DNA of 64,000 bases from Lingula anatina (taxonomy: Eukaryota > Animalia > Brachiopoda), in assembly GCA_051362555.1 (NCBI GenBank), contig CM120646.1, positions 11,346,001 to 11,410,000 on the forward strand. The letters run 5' to 3'. The notes under the pieces were generated by a model that was given only the letters and a program-made list of their open reading frames with translations, had not been told where the DNA came from and ran no database searches. Every line of letters starts with the position of its first letter. The first letter of the stretch is position 1. Position numbers and translations under genes: made by a program. This document shows, piece by piece, positions 57,138 to 64,000 of this stretch.

Positions 57138-59650
57138 ATGGGGAAGAGAAAAGTTCGTGTTAAAAAGCCATTTCCAGAGGAAAGAAAGAAAATTTTGAAA
57201 GAGAGTATGCGCGGCGGTTGGGGAAAACCGGTATTTGTTGAGTCGGATGACGAGAGAGAGAATCTACCTGGAGCGAGCGCTCGTAAGATACTGAAGGACT
57301 TAGAACAGCCCTCGGAGTCTTCAGACAGTGATCGCGAGGAAGAAACCGTAGCTACTGGGTACAGGCTTTGGCACAGTGGACAGTTGTTAGAAAGTGTCAA
57401 CAAGTCGTGTGTTTGTCGTGTGTGTGGCGGCGTCGTTGTGTTGGTCGAAAGTAAACAGAAACGGCAAGGTTGGGCATGTCAAATGAGGTGGATTTGCACC
57501 GTTTGCGGCGGTATTCCGGAAGAGGGCTGGACCTCAACTTCAAGGAAGACGGGACGTTTTTTTGAAGTAAACAGGGCGAGTGTTCTCGGAATGCGTGCAA
57601 TCAGAGAAGGCCACACTTCTGCAGCAAAACTAAGTGGCTACTTGTCTATGCCGCCCCCAATATGTAGCCATAGCTGGCTGGAACACACTCAAGCTCTGGG
57701 GGACAAATCTCGCGAACTTGCAAGTGAGAGCATGATGGCAGCTGCCATTCGGGTAAAAAAACTGCTCCACGGAAGTGATGTGGACATTAATGAAGTTGTA
57801 GACTGTGGAATCACTATTGACGGATCCTGGCAAACCAGAAGTAATTCGAAACATGGTTTCGTGGCGGCGATCTCGGTTGACACAGGTGAGGTGCTCGACG
57901 TACACTACATGTGCACAACATGCAGAACTTGTGACAGTTTTAATAGCAAGCCGCACACCGCCGCGGAAGAGATAGAATTTCATTTGACACATTTTGCTCA
58001 GTGCCCTCAGAATCACGACGGGTCGGCACAAGCCATGGAGGCGGGGGGTGTATCAGTTCTGTATAACAGATCATTGGAGCTGTATAACCTTCGATACAAT
58101 CCCTTTGTTGGCGATGGGGACAGTTCGGCGTTCCGGCGAGTCCAGAGAGAGCAGCCATACGGACCAGAAGTCGCCCTGGTGAAGGAGGAGTGTGTTGGTC
58201 ACGTACAGAAGAGAATGGGATCCAGACTAAGACGATTAGTCACAAGTACCAAAGGTAGGCCTATTGTATATTTCGAATATAATATTAATTCTAGTAGAAG
58301 AAAATAATTTTATAAGTACACATTTACAACTGAGATAATCTCTCTCTCTTTCTTTATAACATTTCTGGATTATTCTAATTAGTACCTATAACTGCTCGTC
58401 TAAATTCCATAGCTTCTGATGTCATTAGGAGCATAAATTAATATCAGTGAATTGTAGTTAATATCTTTACTGCTTTAACAAGTAAAAGTAAATAATATAT
58501 CACAAATAATTAGAATTCATTTTATACTATTGGTAAATTGTTTTTTTTTATGTGTAGGTATGAAACTAAGTGATGGGAAAGGGCTCCAGGGCACAGGCCG
58601 GCTCACAATGGCCCGCATTGATTCAATGCAGACTTTTTATGGCCTGGCAATCAGAAGGAACCTGCAGAACCTAGAGGGCATGGTCAGGGAGACATGAGCC
58701 ATTCCCATGCATTATAGTGAGGAAGCTGATCACAGTTTGTGTCCTCAAGGTTAAAAAAAAAAACTCAGCCCTTTTGTACATAGATTAATGGAATATAGAA
58801 ATAGTTTTACATGCATTTTTCTATAAATATTATTGGTTTAAAGATGTGTAAGAATGCTATTGGTAAGTAATATGTTTATATAGAGATATCTGGATTTAAT
58901 ATATGGGTAAACTTACTTACAACAGTTACAGAATGTCTGGTGTAACTGAGTCTTTAGAAAGAATTCACTACAAATCAAATTTTGCTACTTGAAGAAAATA
59001 GTTTTATCAGCCTTCATATCAGTTGTCCATTCATATTTTATTTTACTTTTTTTATTTTAGGAGAAAGTAGCTGGTGCAAATGGCAGGTGGACAAGGCTTG
59101 TGGCACGGATACCTATCGCATGGTGAAAAAGCCACTGCCCCCCGCTGTCATTGAGGCTATCCAGCCAATCATGGATGATCTGTCTGATCCAGTGCTGTTG
59201 CAAGGATGCCTTCGGGGTTTAACACAAAACCAAAATGAGAGTTTTCATTCCACTGTCTGGAACATGGTGCCCAAGGACCAGTTTCAAAGCAGTAATGCTG
59301 TAACATTGGGACTTTATTTAGCAGTATTTTATTTCAATGATGGCTTGTGTAAGTCTAATACAGAGCTTTTTCAGTCTGTCGGTATTGAAATGTCTGAATC
59401 CAGTCGAAAGTGTTTCAAGAAGCTTGATTGTGTTCGTATCAATAGGTGTGCCAAGGATACATCTAGTGCTCAGAAGGAGAAAAGACGATCACAAAAGAGA
59501 CAAAAATTGCAACAAGTAGATGCTTTTAGGAAAGTTGAGGGTGAAACTTACAATTCTGGTGAATTTCACCAAGGGTCACGCAATGCGCCTAAATGTAAAA
59601 CCTGTAACAAGCCGCGAAAAGGACACAAAAAAGGATCATGCCAAAAATGA
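57138..59650 (+). mobile_element. Spliced DDE transposase gene (Kolobok/Mutator-like domain type) with one nonsense codon
   Basis: Exons 57138-58254, 58558-58749, 59061-59650. Motifs CxxC..CxxC, TIDGSWQ, TGEVLD, NHDGSAQAME, FVGDGDSS, EECVGHVQKRMG, GRLT, TQNQNESFH, C-terminal CxxC..H...C. In-frame TGA at 58695-58697. Candidate left end TTAA|GGGGACAG at 56826-56837. Confidence 0.88.
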
Positions 59651-62376
59651 TTATTGAGACACTGCTCTCTCATTGCATCTACACAAACAGTCAAAGCTTG
59701 ATGATAACTCCTGTTTTCATGGAGGTGTAAAAAGTGACTGAAATAAGCTGTGTCTTGAATTTAGTTTGGGGTCTTGAAAAGTTACCTATTTCATAGTTTT
59801 AAATGTTATTGCTATTAGGACTTGCATTTCATAATTTTTATCTTGTTCTCTGAGCTTTTGTTTGCTTTGAAATAGGCCTTAAAACTGTTGATAATAATGA
59901 TTTTTTGCCCATGGGCTAAAAGACAAATATGACAAAGTTGATGCATCCCAGTTATATTTTATGTAAAACATTTTTGATATTCTACAAGTTAGTGGAATGG
60001 CCTAGGTGAAAAAGTGCTTTTTATTACCTAGTTATCATGTTGTTGGTTTTTGGAAAATCAATTGCTCAGATCAGCATAGTTGTTTTTTTTTTTTTTTTAG
60101 TAATTTTATTCTGCATTTTATGCGATTAACCTGTTTGTAGTCAGATGTAAAAAGACTCACGTGTAGTTTTGGTGTCTATACTTCACTACAGTTACAGACA
60201 TTGGTGCATGTACAGCTCAAATAAAAGCATCATAAAGTCTTAAATATTATTCGTCTTTCTTTTCCCTTTTTGTATACCTAATAAATAGGTGAAAGAGTTT
60301 ATCGAATCGTATTAATTACTTGAGAAATGCATTTGTAAGAAAAATCGGTTAAAATCACGCTTGAAACGATACTCTTATTCTTAATTTTGGCGATATATAT
60401 CGGCGAACGTATCTGCGACACGTTACGAAACCGGAAATGATTGTTGGACGCCGTTTGCAGAAGGTAAAAACTAATGTTGAGAAAATAAAATTTTATTCTC
60501 CGAGATATATCATGGAGCTTGAGAAACACTCGAAAAATTGTGTTGTGAATGGCCAAACAAGAGAAATCCAAGCAAGGGTTGACAGCATGATAAAAAAACA
60601 GTAGGCCTAAAAATAAAAACGCATATGTAAGCAGTGTTGCATTTTGCGATGTTTGGAGAAAAACAAGTTCACAATCACTGATCAAGCGGAAAGAAAGAGT
60701 TCAAAATGTACCCAAAAATAAAAATCACAAAAAGACTTCCTAAAAATTTTTAATTTGCTCTCCCCCCATCCCCGAGTTCACACTTACCAGGATAATCAGT
60801 TTAGAACTATTACTGTCCCCCATGCGTCTGTCGTTTGAATCACCTAATTTATAATATAAATAAATTTATTTTGAGAGCTTAAAGCTGGTAATTCAGAAAT
60901 TGTCAAAGTGTTTTGTCGGAAAAAGACAGAAAGGAAATATATAGTAGACCTTTAAAAAAACATTTGAACTTCATTAGGCCTATACAGCTTGTTTATTGGG
61001 AAGTCCAACGACACAGTAAATCAGTCTTTTGATTTTTTGTAATGCATGTGGAAATAAAATTGGGATTTCTGAGCAAAATGTTATCTAGATTTCAGTAGAA
61101 AAGAGCTTCATGTTACATAAAAGAGAATAACCTCATGTTAATCTTCATACCTGGTTTAAATCGCACACTATAAGCACTTAGTCATTGTTGCAGGAGTAGA
61201 TAGACCTAATGTTAAAAAAATGGTAGCCAAAGACAAAGGCATCAAGATTCCCATGTTATGATAATGTCTACTCATAAGAAGGATGACATCGTTCTTTCTT
61301 CCTTTTTTTTACACTTCTGGTCTTATCTAGCCCAGAAAAATTTAACACCCCCAGGGAACTTGTTTTATGTAGCCTAAATAGTGGCCTACTTTAGTTGCAG
61401 CTTGAACTTGGCATTCAAATCTTGATCTGGTTGACAGTCAAGTTTCATTGTTGCTTCCTGTTATCAGAGTCTAGCCAAAACTGCTAAATGTTCCCTATGG
61501 CAGAACTGATCTTATCACATTTTTCAATTACGCAAGGTTGGACAAAGCACTACTACAACGATTAATTAACAGTGTCATCACTGGTTTGACAGTTTGAAAG
61601 TCAACAAGTTTTATATTGTATCTTTGTACGTTAATCCAGCCAATAGTAGGAAAAGAAATTTTAATGGAAAACACAGCAGTGACAAATTAAAATTATTTTT
61701 GAAAGCACATTTATTGCATTACTTGAGACACCTGCTTTGAACACGACAGGTGAGCAATGCTACCCAACCCCCTTTTCTAGCTTATCAAATCTTTCAAATT
61801 GAGACCTCTAAAAGCAATATGAATATAATGTTTTTCTTTGTTTAGATTATGATTTTATTATACAATAATTCTGACAGTATTTTAATTAACTAGTATGTAT
61901 TAATCATAGTAGGCAGTAGGAAAAATTGCTCTAAAAATAGTACACCACCATCGTTGATAAAGTCGCCACTAGAAAATCCCTTTGGTGGCCATTTCCCTGA
62001 GCTAAATGCATAAGTGAATATCAACAAACAGTTGTCACACGCATTTGTTCACAGCTATACTCGATACAGCCGATAAAATATGCCTATTACAACATGTATC
62101 TGATGCAAACTGAAATTGCAGCCCGTCGGAGGAGTGTTGGTATTATCGCTGATTAAATTACCTAAAGGTTTAGAAATCATCCTGAGGCCCATGGACTGAC
62201 GCTAAAAACCCAAGTGAATGTGACCAAGTGGTCGTCACAAGAAATTGTCCTTTGGTCTGTTTGATATGAACGATCAAAGTTCGCCAATTTTTTACCCTAG
62301 TCCTAAAATCGAGCCTCATTCTGGGTTAGATAATCCCGTAACCGACTGTAAGAATAGGTGTTCAGCAACATGATGT

Positions 62377-63505
62377 TCATAGGACAGCTTGGCAGAATTC
62401 CTCCATGGAAACCGCATACCCAGTCTAAAAGAAGCGAAAAAAGACCATAGCTGTTGTAAAAATTACATAATCATCCTAGTAGGCATACAGAAAGAGAAAA
62501 AAGGTTTTTTGATAAAAGTTATATAGTTTGTATATGTAGCTCCCAAATATTTTTTGCATCAGTATACTTAATCTGTATACTTGGAGTAAATAAAGAACTA
62601 TCCCAGGAAAGCCTATTAGATAGAAAAATACAATGCCAACATATTTTACTTTAAACCCTGTTTGTAATTGGATAAAGGTTTGTACACTTGCAATAAGAAA
62701 TTTTACCTTATCTTACCTGTCTAATCTCAGCTTTCACCTGGTTGGGTATGATTGCCCTGATAAAAGAAAGCACATCTGCTGGGAAGCTGTAATGGCATCC
62801 GTCCGGCCCAATGTCTTGCTTCTGTATAAAAAAAATTACAAAAAATGAATGTTATAACCAAGTGATAGAAACTGGATAAAGTCAACTTCTAATAAAAATC
62901 TTATTTGACCTTTTAAAAGTCAGACTCTGTAAAGAAATAGCCCTACACTATTACAAAATACTTTAACCAACACATTTTACACGTTTGTAATAAAAGTGAA
63001 AAACAACATTTTTGTCCTAATGTTTTGCAAAGGAACTCATACTGAAGATTGCTATATTAAAAATAACGTGTTTTTTTTTTACCTTCAATGCCCTTGCCCA
63101 AGAGCTGTAGTGCATGAAACGAATTTTAATATGTGTTTTTCCTTTCATTTTTGCGGCTGTGACTGTATGATCTAATCCTTTTGCGAACTCTTTCCCATCA
63201 AACCTAAAAATAAAAGGAAGGTAAGATAAATACGACGCACGTGGTACCTCAACACATCAGACTTATTCATAAGATAACTTCATTCAGTGCCCTGTGTGAT
63301 CTAGTATTAGACGCAATCCACGGTAAAATGCCGACGCAACTTTTACATGTTTCAAAAGATTTTAATAGATACTTTTTTACAATCAACACGTTCGTGGTTT
63401 CAAAACTCACCCACACTCAGCCATTTCACTCAAAAGCCTTCTCTCAGCCACTTTTATCGCTGATTCTTGTGCAGCTGAGCGTCTCCCCTTTATCTTAGCT
63501 GGCAT
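62377..63505 (-). pseudogene. Small 5-exon gene (~140 aa, unknown function) with one apparent frameshift, convergent on the transposase
   Basis: Exons about 63411-63505 (MPAKIKGRRSAAQ..), 63248-63300, 63083-63203 (FDGKEFAKGLD..RFMHYSSWARALK), 62717-62821 (KQDIGPDGCHYSFPADVLSFIRAIIP..), 62377-62424 (TGYAVSMEEFCQAVL*). GT-AG sites; the frame breaks in exon 2. Confidence 0.55.
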
Positions 63506-64000
63506 TTTGAGAAATACTGCTATGAGATATTCGCTGGATTTTTCCGTTGATCTGACGATTACCAAGTGTCGTGCAAAATAATCCTGCAGCGTTACCCGTC
63601 AAAAAAACTCGTGTTAACACAAGTGACGGACACTTGCTCTCGACACAGTTTTATCTGATCACTTTGCCGATAACAAAGAAGGAATCTCTCAGGTAAAATT
63701 ACTCGATTGCCGAGGAAGAGCCATTGAAACGATCAAATGCAACTTCACACCTCTTAATTGCGGTTAAACGTAATCGCCTTTGTTAGCGCTTCCTTCTACA
63801 TATCCTTGACACCCTACGGGGCATCACTAGGCTAGCACCCTCTCCAGAGCTGTCAATCAAAGTGGCGGCACGCTTACATGCCTAACGAGTGGTCGGAAAA
63901 TGTAACAAAAGCACGATTTTCTGCCCCTTCAAAGCACCCAAACAAAATATTTTTAGATGACAATAAGCAATGGTTCCATCTGATCGTATAACCGATAACA

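Overview
AT-rich, intron-containing animal DNA, probably a marine invertebrate (species not determinable here). Most ORF-track entries are exon fragments or noise, so I spliced the genes by hand. The window holds a tandem cluster of Ig-superfamily type I receptors. Family 1 shares one leader/V-Ig/(Ig2)/TM module joined to three different outputs. Gene A (minus, 6497-11989) is a receptor tyrosine kinase with an HQD instead of HRD catalytic loop. Gene B (minus, 14426-20297) is an in-frame chimera whose kinase is a near-copy of gene D's but has lost the catalytic lysine (VAVN). Gene C (plus, 29221-32439) has no kinase and ends in an ITIM (LIYADL) plus an ITSM-like motif (TEYVQI). Gene D (minus, 22796-28467) is an intact kinase receptor with a different V-Ig domain, head-to-head with C. 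The V domains of A, B and C differ mainly in CDR-equivalent loops. This looks like a germline-diversified, paired activating/decoy/inhibitory receptor system built by exon-module shuffling; the immune function is inference. A second Ig receptor family (E damaged, F apparently intact, about 35.6-56.4 kb) has an atypical V domain and is interrupted by transposons. The window ends with a spliced Kolobok/Mutator-like transposase carrying one nonsense codon and a small convergent spliced gene.
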